A DNA stretch of 64,000 bases from Octopus sinensis (GCF_006345805.1 NC_043018.1:19530001-19594000); one strand, 5' to 3'; positions 13,005 to 25,360 are shown, numbered from the stretch's first letter. Numbers and translations are program-made. Notes: generated by a model from the sequence alone, not told the origin.

Positions 13005-13270
13005 TGCGTCATGCTGAATCTCCCTGAGAACTACGTTAAGAGTACACGTGTCTGTGGCGCACTCAGCCATTTGCACGTTAATAAATGAGCTGTGACGTCA
13101 CTGGTGCCAAGCTGTATTGGCCTTTGCCTTCCCCTTGGATAACATCAGTGGCGTGGAGAGGAGGGGAGGCTGGTATGCATGGCCGACTGCTGGTCTTCCA
13201 TAAACAACCTTGCCCTCGGAGGGTAACTTTCTAGGTGCAATCCCATGGACATTCGTGACCAAAGGCGATC
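13005..13270 (+). mobile_element. SINE family 3, 5'-truncated
   Basis: Matches the 3' part of 15310-15655. Confidence 0.7.
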
Positions 13271-13309
13271 ACAACACAATATATATATATATATAAATTT
13301 GAATTAAGC

Positions 13310-13672
13310 AGAAAATGGCCACAGTATGGTGCCACGGTGCTCCCTTGCCTCCTCTATGCCACAGAAATCATGGCCCTCTACTGCTGGTACATGAAGGCCC
13401 TGACACAAGTCCAGCTTTATCATTTGCACTCCATCTTGCATATCAGATGGTGGGGTCGCATTTCTGATGTAGAGATCACATACTGCACGGCCACAGTTAG
13501 TGTGGAGGCCCTCATTAGCTCATTGCAGCTGCACTGGGTGGGACATGTTTGTAGGATGGAGAGTGACAGGCTCCCAAAAGCAGTGTTCTTTGTTGATCTG
13601 CGTCAGAGTAGGTGGAGCTGCTGTGGCCAGAGGTTGCAATATGGCAATGTGCTGAAGTGACATATGAAGAAC
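13310..13672 (+). mobile_element. RTE (BovB-like) RT C-terminal fragment
   Basis: VLPCLLYATE..LHSILHIRW..QLHWVGHVCRMESDRLPKAVFF. Confidence 0.8.
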
Positions 13673-15309
13673 CCGCTGGCACCTCCCCAGAGATTTTATG
13701 ACAGTAAACTGCATGTTAATCCTGTGTGTGTGTGTGTGTGTGTGTGTGGTATCTGTGTAGTTTTCTTATGCAGTATCGTGCTGGGACAGATATGACCACT
13801 GACTAAACTTGGAATACTTTGCTGGGATTAAAAATGTGGTATGTAAAAGATAAATTATTTTGATGCAAAATTTCTGTCTACATTTCTTATTTCTTTTTTG
13901 CCCACATGGGGCTAAACATAGAGGGGACAAACATGAACAGACAAAAGGATTAAGTCAATTACATCAACTCCAGTGCTTAACTGGTACTCAATTTATCGAC
14001 CCCAAAAGGATGAAAGGCAAAGTCGACCTCGGCGGAATTTGAACTCAGAACATAACTGCAGACGAAATACTGCTAAGCATTTCGACCGGCGTGCTAACGT
14101 TTCTGCCAGTTTAGTGTCTTACATTTCTGCCAATAATTATGTTATTTTTCTCAGACATGTAGCAACACATGCTCACAAACGTGCACACATACACACACAC
14201 ACACACACACACATGCACACACACACACACATACACACACATGCACAAGTTACTTGCAGATCAACATAGTTCACCATGATTGTGACTGAATGAAATTTCA
14301 GAATGAATTATTCGCTATTTCTGTATAAACGCATGAAAATAATTTGTGCCTTGGCACCAAAATTGAAAAAGAAGTGGAGAGTTGAGATTTAGATAAAAGA
14401 AAAGAAAATCCTCAAGAATCTTCACACATGCAAAATTGTATCTCAACTCCAATTAAAATGATGACCAAACTTTTTATTTTGCAATCCATGATAAACGGAT
14501 TTAAAAAAACCTGATCTCAGATAAAATAAATAAACAGATAAAATCCCTCGTGAATTTAGGATTTTTACTAAAGTTTAAATGAATTTTTTTTTTCAGAAAC
14601 CATACAAAATAAATAAAACCCCTTAAAATTCAAGGATTTTAACTGGTGATTACATCATTTATCTTTCGTAAATCCTATGACAGAGTTGTAAAATGAAAAT
14701 TATGCAAGGAAAAAATATTTTCCAGATATCTCACTGTTATTTTTAGCATATCAAGTTTTGACAATTTTTTATCTGGTTTCGGAAGAAATCTATTCCTGCA
14801 CAAACTAACATATCCAATGTGTAATACATCAGGAAAAGATGGAAAGTAGCAACATAGGATGTTTTTTAAGAAAATTTGAAATTTAAAAATAAAAAATTTT
14901 TTTCTAGATTTGTAATCTCTGTATTTTTTCCATGTGGATTAAAAAAAAATCTAAAAAAAATGTGAAAAATTAAAAAATTGGAGCGGGGAGAGGTAAAATT
15001 AGAATTTTGAAAATGTGGTTTTTTTTTTTGGCAAAAAAAAAAGATAAATTTTCTGATATCAAAAACAGGAATCCAAAAAGATTCTTGAAAAAAATGGGTG
15101 TCAGGTGCAGACACCCGACCTCCATCCAGAGTACCCAGAGTCATGTAGTGGGATAGTATGAAGGTTGACAGAGACAGTAGTGTTTATAGAGGGGCGGGGT
15201 GGGGTATACAGAAGCCATAGGCCAAAGATATATGGGAAACTGATTTCCTCAAATGTCCTGGTGGCTCTCTGAGAGTAGTAGCTAATTTTTGCTACGTAGT
15301 GCCATAACT

Positions 15310-15655
15310 TGTGTGGAGGCGCATGGCTCAGTGGTTAGAGCGTTGAGCTTACGATCGTGAGGTTGTGAGCTCGAATCCCGGACCGGGCTGCGTGTTGTGT
15401 TCTTGAGCAAGACACTTTATTTTTTCACGTTGCTCCAGTTCACTCAGCTGTAGAAATGATTTGCGACGTCACTGGTGCCAAGCTGTATCGGCCTTTGCCT
15501 TTCCCTTGGATAACATCGGTGACATGGAGAGGGGAGGCCGGTATGCATGGGCGACTGCTGGTATTCCATAAACAACCTCGCCCGGACTTGTGTCTAGGAA
15601 GGTAACTTTCTAGGTGCAATCCCATGGTCTGTGTCGTGACCGAAGGGTGTCTCCG
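15310..15655 (+). mobile_element. tRNA-derived SINE family 3 with 12-bp TSD
   Basis: tggctcagtggttagag / gagctcgaatccc boxes; TSD agtgccataact at 15298-15309 and 15656-15667. Confidence 0.9.
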
Positions 15656-15694
15656 AGTGCCATAACTAACACTGGGTACCCTTGATGGAGGTCT

Positions 15695-16530
15695 GGTGAT
15701 CTAATTAGCAGTGGAGGAGGTTGTACAGACAGTGTAATTGCTAGAATAAGAATATAAGAATAGGATGAAGGAAAGTTCAGAGAGCTTTCACCTTAGTTGG
15801 CAACCACAGTTTCTCACTCTGAGTGAAGAAGGGAAGATTGTATGATGCATATGTACGAACTGTACTGCTGCAGGGTAGTTTAACTCTTGCTGAAATACAA
15901 GCTTTCAACGATGTTAAACAGAAACTCTCTCGTGTCTCCATGTTAGCTCACTCCATTCCTGATGCCGAAATTTCTCTTGTAGTTGATGCATCTGAAATTG
16001 GCATTGGTGCAGTCATTCAACAAGTTCACCATGGTGAATGGCAACCTCTGGCGTTTTTCTCTAAGCAGTTAAAACCAGCTGAAACTAAATATAGTCCATC
16101 AGTCATGAACTGTTAGCTATTTACCTCTCACAATATTTACGGATCATAAGCTGTTATCTTTCGCTTTACACTGCAAGCCAGATAAATTTTCTCCGAGAGA
16201 CATTCGACATTTGGATTACATTTCACAATTCACAAGTGATATACGATATATTCCAGGTTCTGAGAACATTGTTGCAGATTCTTTATCCCGTTTATCTGTA
16301 AATGCATTATTTTCAACTGCAGAAGTTAAGTTGGACGAAATGTCGGAAGATCAACCATCCATTAATTTGAATAATACACACACAGTCATATCTATACTTG
16401 ATACTGAACATGTATTCTCTCTACAGTAGTAAGATGTGGGCCCTGAATGTGGAGAACATGCAAAGGCTGGAGAGGAAAGAAGCTGGTATGGTCCACTGGA
16501 TGTGCAATGTCAGTATGCATGTGTGACAGA
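15695..16530 (+). mobile_element. RTE RT fragment split by a gypsy insertion
   Basis: DLISSGGGCTDSVIARIR..KGRLYDAYVRTVLLQGS (to 15879) continues KMWALNVENMQRLERKEAGMVHWMCNV (from 16431). Confidence 0.75.
15880..16425 (+). mobile_element. Ty3/gypsy RNase H fragment
   Basis: LVVDASEIGIGAVIQQ..WQPLAFFSKQLKPAETKYS and RHLDYISQFTSDIRYIPGSENIVADSLSR. Confidence 0.9.
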
Positions 16531-17281
16531 GCATTGGTGTATTGGTGTACATATATATGCACATATGCACACGACCAGTTTAAATTGCCTGCCTTAAAAC
16601 TCCTTGTGCGATATGGTCAGAATAAACACCGCAGGGAATATTAGAGACAAGTTTTGACTGCTATTTCCAGCGTGGAGGTATCTTTCAGATACCTTAAATT
16701 ATAAATTTAAATAATTATTACTTTTGAAAGGTTTTTATTCCCATGCTGGCCACCTGATAAGATCTATATTTATATATCAATCTTATCCTTATTTATATAA
16801 ATTTATATAGATATATATATATGGGGTGGTTGGCATTGGGATTGACGATCTAGCTGTAGAAAGCATGCCAAATCAGATAATTTTCAGTCAAAACATCCAA
16901 CCCATGCTAGCATGGAAAATGTATGTTAAATGAGGATGATGATATATATATATATATATATACATATACCCACACATACACACAAGAATCAACACACGAA
17001 TTCACATTAAGAATTTTGCATAACAAATAGAAAAACAAAGTCTGTATATATACATATATATATACACACACATATATACATACATATATATATATATATA
17101 TATAAATAATAAATATTAGGGAATAAATCCAAATTTACAGGGAAAAAATCAGATTTAGGATTAAATCCAATTTTATAGTAAAATATTATAAAATATATTA
17201 GAGACAAAACCACTATTTTGCAAAACAAACAAGAAAGACTTAATCAATACATAAAAATTTAATAAATAGTAAAAAAAACCG

Positions 17282-17324
17282 CCACTACAATTGTTTCTTG
17301 TCTTGATCGACAATCTTCAGGTGG
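17282..17324 (-). ncRNA. Minimal type I hammerhead motif
   Basis: Exact reverse complement of 17367-17409. Confidence 0.75.
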
Positions 17325-17366
17325 ACTTCCAATAAGTCAGTTTCAAGAAACTGACTTATTGGAAGT

Positions 17367-17409
17367 CCACCTGAAGATTGTCGATCAAGACAAGAAACAA
17401 TTGTAGTGG
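17367..17409 (+). ncRNA. Minimal type I hammerhead motif
   Basis: ccac-CTGAAGA-ttgtc.gatcaa.gacaa-GAAA-caattg-TA-gtgg. Confidence 0.75.
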
Positions 17410-17494
17410 CGGTTTTTTTTACTATTTATTAAAATTTTATGTATTGATTAAGTCTTTCCTTGTTTGTTTTGCAAAATAGGGTTTGTCTCTAATA

Positions 17495-17540
<46 letters not shown>

Positions 17541-17545
17541 TATAC

Positions 17546-17642
<97 letters not shown>

Positions 17643-18767
17643 AAATATATTCCTTTTTTATCGTCTATCTGGACGTTTTGTTGTTCCCTTTTCATATGCT
17701 ACCTTTAGTATGTATATTTAGGTATGCACATGTGTTCATGCATGTATTATGTATGTGTGTGTCTGTGTGTATGTGTGTGCAAAATCTTTTTATGACGTGA
17801 ACAAGCACACATTCATGTAAGTACCTCCATACAATGAAACTATTTCATTTGATTCATTTGTGAATTGGTGAGAAACGAAGAAAGTTTTGAAACAGAACAA
17901 AAATGTCGAAATATCTTACAAATACTCTTTTTGTCAGTATCTCAATGAACTTTGGTGATTCTGAAGAATGAGAATATATCAGGAAGAGTCCAAGTATTAA
18001 TATCTGGCAAGCAGTGAAATTATCTCGGTTAAAATATGGAACTGTTGGTGCCATGAACAAGACGTCATTTTTCAGAGAAATAAATTCAAACTGTTGAACC
18101 CATGTGAAAAGATTAGAGATCTTTCTCTTCACCTATTTAATATCCCAAGTTTATGAAGCTGTATAATTGTCAAGGAATTTGTCCGAGTGGAAGCGAGATA
18201 AATGATATCCAGAGAAGGACGTTCTTTGAATAGAAAATAGATTCGGAGAAACTGACTGGCAAAATGAGAAGCTGATGTGAAAAGACAAGAATTCTTCTGT
18301 AGTTTGATATCAATGCTGTGTTGATATGAAAATAATTCAATGTAAGAGGTAAGATTCCATTTATTGATACAGTGCTGACTGCTGGGAAAATGTTGGATAT
18401 CCCTGTTTAGTTTTAGTATTGGCTGAAACTTATTTAACTCTCAGCAAGTTTAACCCCTCCTTCTGTCGATGATAACTTCTGTCTAATATATCTCCTGAAG
18501 AGAATAAATAAATTGATTAGAAATATAGACGCAATGCCTTGATGTATGGGGTTGGGCTAGACAATTAGATGGAATTACATACTAAACCGATGCTATATTT
18601 ACGGACGATGGAAGGATGAAGGAATATGTCAAAATTTGGCAGAATCAGAAAATAAATACATTTTACTCGCTATTGAGTTTTGTTTCAAACTATTTATCGA
18701 CTTTAAACAATAATCTATGGTCGAGTTCATGGCAGATCAACAGTGTATGTACTAAGGGACAGTTTAA

Positions 18768-19136
18768 AACAAGAGCACTCAAAGAGCACAAACCTCTGCC
18801 AAGGCAACACCAACGTCCTCTCAACGATTAGCCGGAGAGGATTTTTTAAAATGAGAATACCTGAAATAAACTCAACTGCTCTCACAAATGAGAATACTAA
18901 AAATGAACTTGACCGCTCTCAAAAATTAAGTAAAAAGCAAGAAAAATAATCCAGAATCCTAGTCCGGTACTGGATCAATCCCAAAATCTAATCAGTTTAT
19001 GCCAGTCATGAGGCCAAACATCCCTGAAAGTTTCATCCGAATCCATCCAGCAGTTCTTGAGATATCTTGTCCACGGACAAACAAACAAACAAGATTGAAA
19101 ACAATACCTCCGCCTTCATTAAGGTGGAGGTAATAA
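18768..19136 (+). mobile_element. Non-autonomous Helentron/HINE-like element
   Basis: ~370-bp family (also 27014-27398 and 48301-48665 minus); (acaa)n microsatellite then 3' stem-loop tacctccgcctt/aaggtggaggta. Confidence 0.55.
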
Positions 19137-19496
19137 TTAGGGTCAGTAATTGATTACATATAACAGAACATAATAAGGTATATCATAGTGCTTTCTACTA
19201 CAGGCACAAGGCCTGAAATTTTGGGGGAGGTGACTAGTTGATTACATTGACCCCAATGTTTCACTGGTACTTAATTTATCGACCCCGAAAGGATGAGAGG
19301 CAAAGTCAGCCTTGGCAGAATTTGTACTCAGAACGTAGCGACAGGTGAAATACCACTAAGCATTTCATCCAGCATACTAATGATTCTGCCAGGTCACCAC
19401 CTTAATAAGGTATGTTACAATAATTGATTAAACACACTACAATATACATTCTATAAGTGATTTCTAATTTTGGTAAAGGACAGCAAATTTTTTTTT

Positions 19497-19834
19497 CAAC
19501 TGTTCTTTGAGCCACTTCTTCACTACAGTTTTCACTTCCTCATCACTGGAATAATGTCTGTCTCTCAAACCCTCTTTCATGGGGTTTGTGATGAGGAAGT
19601 GAAAACTGTAGTGAAGAAGTAGCTCAAAGAACAGTCAACAGAATTTTACAGGGCAGGGATACATGCTCTCATTCGAAGTTGGAACATTGCTGTTGAGAGA
19701 AACGGTGACTATGTTGAGGAGTAGGGATGTGATCCACAGAGGACCAGCTTCATTTGATGTATGATACATGTTCCTGTGTTGGTAATTATACCTGTCCTAA
19801 ACAAAATGGCATTACTTTTTGATTCACCCTCATA
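19497..19834 (+). mobile_element. Mariner 3' remnant with foldback duplication
   Basis: DEEVKTVVKK*LKEQSTEFYRAGIHALIRSWNIAVERNGDYVEE*; TIR-like ttactttttgattcaccctca+TA. Confidence 0.85.
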
Positions 19835-20256
19835 GAATTGGTTGGCAACAGAGTTGCAGGAATCTGTGAAAATAGCATGACCAGATGAAGATGTGTATGT
19901 ATGAGTTGGTATCTCCTTGTCTTGGCATTGCATGATAGTTGTAAATGAGTGCCATTGTCATACAAGCAGTGTCATTCATTTCCAATATTCTGTAAAAATT
20001 ATTTCTGGCCACAGGGAAATAATTAACCTTACTTGTACACATGTGAGGGTTGGTGACAAGAAGGGCATCCAGCCATAGAGAATCTACCTCAACAGATTCT
20101 GTCCAACTCATGCAAGCATTGAAAAGTGGACGTCAAAACGACAGGGAGGTTCGCACACTATTTTTTTGAATATTCAGTTTTTTTAGTGCTTTTCTTTGAT
20201 AGGTTTGCGATCTTGTTTCATCATTTTTTAAAACAGTAACAATGGATTTATGGCAC

Positions 20257-20602
20257 CATAGAAGGTGCATGGCTCAGTGGTTAGAGCGTCGAGCTTATGA
20301 TCGTAAGATTGTGAGCTCGAATCCCGGACCGGGCTGCGTGTTGTGTTCTTGAGCAAAGCACTTTATTTTCACGTTGCTCCAGTTCACTCAGCTGTAGAAA
20401 TGAGTTGCAACGTCACAGGTGCCAAGCTGTATCGGCCCCTTTGTCTTTCCCTTGGATAACACTGGTGGCGTGGAGAGGGGAGGCTGGTATGCATGGGCGA
20501 CTGCTGGTCTTCCATAAACAACCTTGCCCGGACTTGTGTCTAGGAGGGTAACTTTCTAGGTGCAATCCCATGGTCATTCATGACCGAAGGGGGTCTTTAC
20601 CC
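20257..20602 (+). mobile_element. SINE family 3 with 8-bp TSD
   Basis: TSD tatggcac at 20249-20256 and 20603-20610. Confidence 0.9.
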
Positions 20603-20809
20603 TATGGCACTAGGTACTAATTGATTGTTTATATTATATTCTCATCAATCAGCTTCACTCTTTTTTTTATTTATTTATTTATGCATTGTTATGTTGTTTT
20701 AATTTTTTTTATAATAAATTCGGTTCAGCATGTATTCTATTTCTGAACCCCACCCCCCACCGCCCGCCAGTTTTTCAGCTTTCAGTTTTATTAGTTTTTT
20801 ATATCTCTT

Positions 20810-21240
20810 TACTGTCTTTTACTCTTTTACTTGTTTCAGTCATTTGACTGCGGCCATGCTGGAGCACCGCCTTTAGTCGAGCAAATCGACCCCGGGACTT
20901 ATTCTTTGTAAGCCCCAGTATTCTTATTCTATCAGTCTCTTTTGCCAATCCGCTATGTGACGGGGACGTAAACACACCAGCGTCGGTTGTCATGAAATGC
21001 TAGGGGGACAAACACAGACACACAAACACACAAACACAGACACACATACACACACATATATATATATATATACATATATACGACAGGCTTCTTTCAGTTT
21101 CCGTCTACCAAATCCACTCACAAGGCATTGGTCGGCCCGGGGCTATAGCAGAAGACACTTGCCCAAGATGCCACGCAGTGGACTGAACCCGGAACCATGT
21201 GTTGGTTAGCAAGCTACTTACACAACAGCCACTCCTGCGC

Positions 21241-21275
<35 letters not shown>

Positions 21276-21435
21276 ACGGGCTTCTTTCAGTTTCCATCTA
21301 CCAAATCCACTCACAAGGCATTGGTCGGCCCGGGGCTATAGCAGAAGATACTTGCCCAAGATGCCACGCAGTGGGACTGAACCCGGAACCATGTGGTTGG
21401 TTAGCAAGCTACTACCACACAGCCACTCCTGCGCC

Positions 21436-21466
<31 letters not shown>

Positions 21467-21629
21467 AACAACGGGCTTCTTTCAGTTTCCATCTACCAAA
21501 TCCATCACAAGGCATTGGTCGGCCCGGGGCTATCAGCAGAGAAGACATTGCCCAAGATGCCACGCAGTGGGACTGAACCCGGAACCATGTGGTTGGTTAG
21601 CCAGCTACTTACCACACAGCCACTCCTGC

Positions 21630-21676
<47 letters not shown>

Positions 21677-21830
21677 AACGGGCTTCTTTCAGTTTCCATC
21701 TACCAAATCCACTCACAAGGCATTGGTCGGCCCGGGGCTATAGCAGAAGACACTTGCCCAAGATGCCACGCAGTGGGACTGAACCCGGAACCATGTGGTT
21801 GGTTAGAAAGCTCCTTACCACACAGCCACT
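20810..21830 (-). mobile_element. SINE family 1 followed by three tandem extra 5' halves
   Basis: ~190-bp period; each unit is head to gaagccc then (TA)n. Confidence 0.85.
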
Positions 21831-22139
21831 TGTTTTCTTTTGTCTTAAAATTAAACTTGGTTTTCTAAAACTGTTTCCTGTTTTTATCAACCTATTGCCA
21901 GAGTTTTCGCCAATTTTGTTCATCTTGGCTTATTTCGGTTGTTTTGTTTTTTTTCTCTCTCCTGGGATTCGGAAAGTTCGTTTGTTCAGGTTTTTTCCTG
22001 TTTTTGTTACTGTTCAGTGATTACTAGTCAAGGTTCATGGATTTCGTATTTTGCTATTCTTGATGTGTTAATTTTTGCTTGAATGAGATTCCTTTCTGTG
22101 CACGTGTGTATGTGTGCATGTGTGTGTATAGCCACACAC

Positions 22140-22970
22140 ACACACAATACATACATACATACATACATACATACATACATACATCACACATACATACATA
22201 CATGCATACATAATACATACATACCTACATACATACATACATACATACATACATGCATGCATACATACATACATACATACATACATACATACATACCTAC
22301 ATACATACATACATACATACATGCATACATGCATACATACATACATACATACATGCATGCATACATACATACATACACATACATGTTACATGCATACATA
22401 CATGCATACATACATACATACATACATACATACATAAACCTACATACATAATACATACATACATACATACATACATGCATACTACATAATACATACATAC
22501 ATACAAATGCATACATACATACATACATACATGCATACATACATACATACATACATGCATGCATACATACATACATGCATACATACATACATACATACAT
22601 ACATACATACATACATACATGCATGCATACATACATACATACATACATACATACATACATACATGCATACATACATACATACATACATACATACATACAT
22701 GCATGCATGCATACATACATACATACATACATACATACATACATACATACATGCATACATACATACATACATACATGCATGCATACATACATACATACAT
22801 ACATACATACATACATACATGCATGCATGCATACATACATACATACATACATACATACATACATACATGCATGCATACATACATACATACATACATACAT
22901 ACATGCATACATACATACATTCATACATACATGCATTCATACATACATACATACAGACAGACAGACATAC

Positions 22971-22985
<15 letters not shown>
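22140..22985. repeat. (TACA)n microsatellite with TGCA variants
   Basis: Direct reading. Confidence 0.95.
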
Positions 22986-23002
<17 letters not shown>

Positions 23003-23207
23003 GGAGGCTTTTCTCTTTGTTGGAAACCGGCTCCCTCCTCGGTGGAAGAATTATAATATTTAAAAAATAGAAACGACATACATACATAGGAGCAAAGAAT
23101 GGCTGAACATGGAATCTTGGAGAGAGAATGCAAACCCTTAATTCATATATGCTACAAATAATCACAATATCTGGGATTATAAAAATCTACAAAACCTTAA
23201 GATTTAA

Positions 23208-23426
23208 CCCTTTAGTATTTAAACCGGCCATATCCGGCCAAAATATTTAATCTGTTTTATGTTCAAACTGACCAGATCCAGGCTCTCACACCTACTCTAC
23301 AATGTTATTCTACATCAAGTAATTACACCATCAAGATCTTGAAGATATGAGATAATGCATGACTAATTCAAATCAATGTGAATCAATAGGCATTATGTTT
23401 GATAGAATAATCTGAACACTAAAGGG
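23208..23426. mobile_element. piggyBac-type MITE
   Basis: TTAA at 23204-23207 and 23427-23430; TIR ccctttagtatt / aacactaaaggg (11 of 12). Confidence 0.8.
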
Positions 23427-23537
23427 TTAAAGGATAATGGTTAAATTATGATACTTCCCTTCACAACCTTGGTGCCAAGTCAGTGGTTGATCAATATTTA
23501 CTCTAAATAAAAAAGAGAAAAGGAAGACATACATACC

Positions 23538-23745
23538 AGCATGGCTGTGTGGTAAGAAGCTGCTTTCCAACCAATGGTTCTGGGTTCACTTCCATTGTGT
23601 GGCACCTTCAGCAAGTGTCTTCTATTATAGGCTCAGGCCAACCAAAGCCTTGTGAGAGGATTTAGTAGACTGAAACTGAAAGAAGCCCATCATATACAGT
23701 ATACATACATGTGTATGTGTGTGTGTGTGTTTGTGTCTATGTTTG
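23538..23745 (+). mobile_element. SINE family 1, diverged 5' half
   Basis: atggctgtgtggtaag..ggttcacttcc. Confidence 0.75.
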
Positions 23746-23802
23746 TACCCCATATACATATATATATACTTTATTTAAAAGCAGCAGAAAATTCAACAAA
23801 AC

Positions 23803-23840
23803 CTGTTACTTTGAGTTTCACGTTCCCGTTCATCGGACAG
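23803..23840 (-). ncRNA. Minimal type I hammerhead, CCGAUGA variant
   Basis: Minus strand ctgt-CCGATGA-acg.ggaa.cgt-GAAA-ctcaaag-TA-acag. Confidence 0.6.
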
Positions 23841-23891
23841 TTTTTGTGAGTTTCACGTACCCGTTCATCGGACAGTTTTTGTTTACAAAAA

Positions 23892-23929
23892 CTGTCCGAT
23901 GAACGGGAACGTGAAACTCAGAGTAACAG
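23892..23929 (+). ncRNA. Minimal type I hammerhead, CCGAUGA variant
   Basis: ctgt-CCGATGA-acg.ggaa.cgt-GAAA-ctc.a.gag-TA-acag. Confidence 0.65.
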
Positions 23930-24926
23930 GTTTTGTTGAATTTTCTGCTGCTTTTAAATAAAGCATATTACTCTACCCCTGGTATTTGAGTACTCTTTTT
24001 TCCACCTTGTTTCACATTTATGTGTTTACTCCAGTATATATATATATATGTGTATATGTGTGTGTGTGTGTGTGATCATCATCATCATCAGTTTCGTAAT
24101 TTAACATCTGTCTTCCATGATGGCATGCATTGTAGAGTTTGACAGGGTCTGGCAAATCAGAAGACTGCGCCCAGGCCCCAATCGTGTGCTTTGCACTAGT
24201 TTCTACAGCTGGATGCCCTTCCTGACACCAACCACTTTACAGAGTGTACTGGGTGCTGTTTACATGACTCCAACAGCTGCAGCAGTGAGGTCACCAAGTT
24301 ACAACTCAAAATCCCTCCCCTTAGTGAGGGAGTTGTATTGAGGCACAGAAAAGGGGGTCTTGCATTAGAAGAGGGGCATGGCTACCTGAGAAGAAGACAG
24401 AGGAGATGGTGAAGATGTGACGGGGAGGGAGCATGGGATTGGTGGGGACAGATCCGTTTTCCCAAGTTACAGAAAGGGGTGTATTGTGAAGTGCACCAGG
24501 GATTGGTGTGAGTGAGTTCACGAGATTACGAAAGGAAGAGCAGTAGATGGAGAGGGGTCAATGTAATGAGTGGGGCAAAGGTAGCAGAGAGCGGGGGGTA
24601 TTAAAAGGGTGTATTGAAGGGATGAGATTTAATGAGGGACGTTGTGTGTGCAGGTAGGTACATCTACATTGTGAGCAGGTAGGTAGGTATGTGAGTGAGA
24701 ATAAAGGAGAGGGGGAATACAGTTGTGGAGAGCATGGGTGAGGGAAGGGGTTGGAGGAAAGGGTGATGGGAAAGGGTGGGAGAAGATGGGTTGTGGGGGG
24801 AGAGCTTTGTCAAGGACATGGCTTTATGGTCTTCATTTTACTTAGCCAAGCAAGTCATGTATTTTGGAGATTTTTTTTCCTCCGTCTTCCCTTCTTTGGA
24901 TCTTTCCTTTTCCTATGTTTCTGATG

Positions 24927-25213
24927 AAGAGCTCCACTCGAAAGGTAAAACCCTCCTTCTTCCCTTCCTTTCTCGCGTCCAATAATACTATATTTGTTCC
25001 ATGTCCTTGCATTGTTGTGCTTTCTCTTTGTGTTTTCATGTTTGGATTAACTTTATATATATATATATAATATATATATATATATAAAGTTTATCCAACA
25101 TGAAAACACAAAGAGAAAGCACAACAATGCAAGGACATGGAACAAATATAGTATTATTGGACGCTGAGAAAGGAAGGGAAGAAGGAGGGTTTTACCTTTC
25201 GAGTGGAGCTCTT
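24927..25213. repeat. Palindrome centred on (TA)n, starting at a hammerhead-like core
   Basis: 24927-25053 mirrors 25087-25213; CTGATGA-agagctccactc-GAAA at 24921-24943. Confidence 0.85.
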
Positions 25214-25360
25214 ATATATATATATATATATAAGAAGGATAGATAGATAGATAGATATAGATATACAGACTCACATATGCTTGCACATGCTTTGCGCATA
25301 CAAACTTGTGTATATGTGCACGTCCATGCATGGATATTTGTTGAGATGTTGCTCTTTGTG

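Larger units (their letters stand above)
17187..17504. repeat. Long palindrome (~158-bp arms, 2-bp spacer) with two hammerheads
   Basis: Centre gtcagtttc-AA-gaaactgac at 17345-17346. Confidence 0.9.
23770..23963. repeat. Palindrome with internal 37-bp duplication, carrying CCGAUGA hammerheads
   Basis: Centre gtttttgt-TT-acaaaaac at 23883-23884. Confidence 0.9.

Noticed and set aside
15118-15693. 20-bp inverted match (15118-15137 versus 15674-15693)
   Set aside because: Short, 17 of 20, no TSD; no coherent element could be defined
17830-18470. Possible decayed DIRS RT/RNase H
   Set aside because: Only vague similarity and many stops; not supportable without a search
18490-18530. CTGAAGA..GAAA motifs (also 12444 and minus 2229)
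   Set aside because: No convincing stems II, III or I
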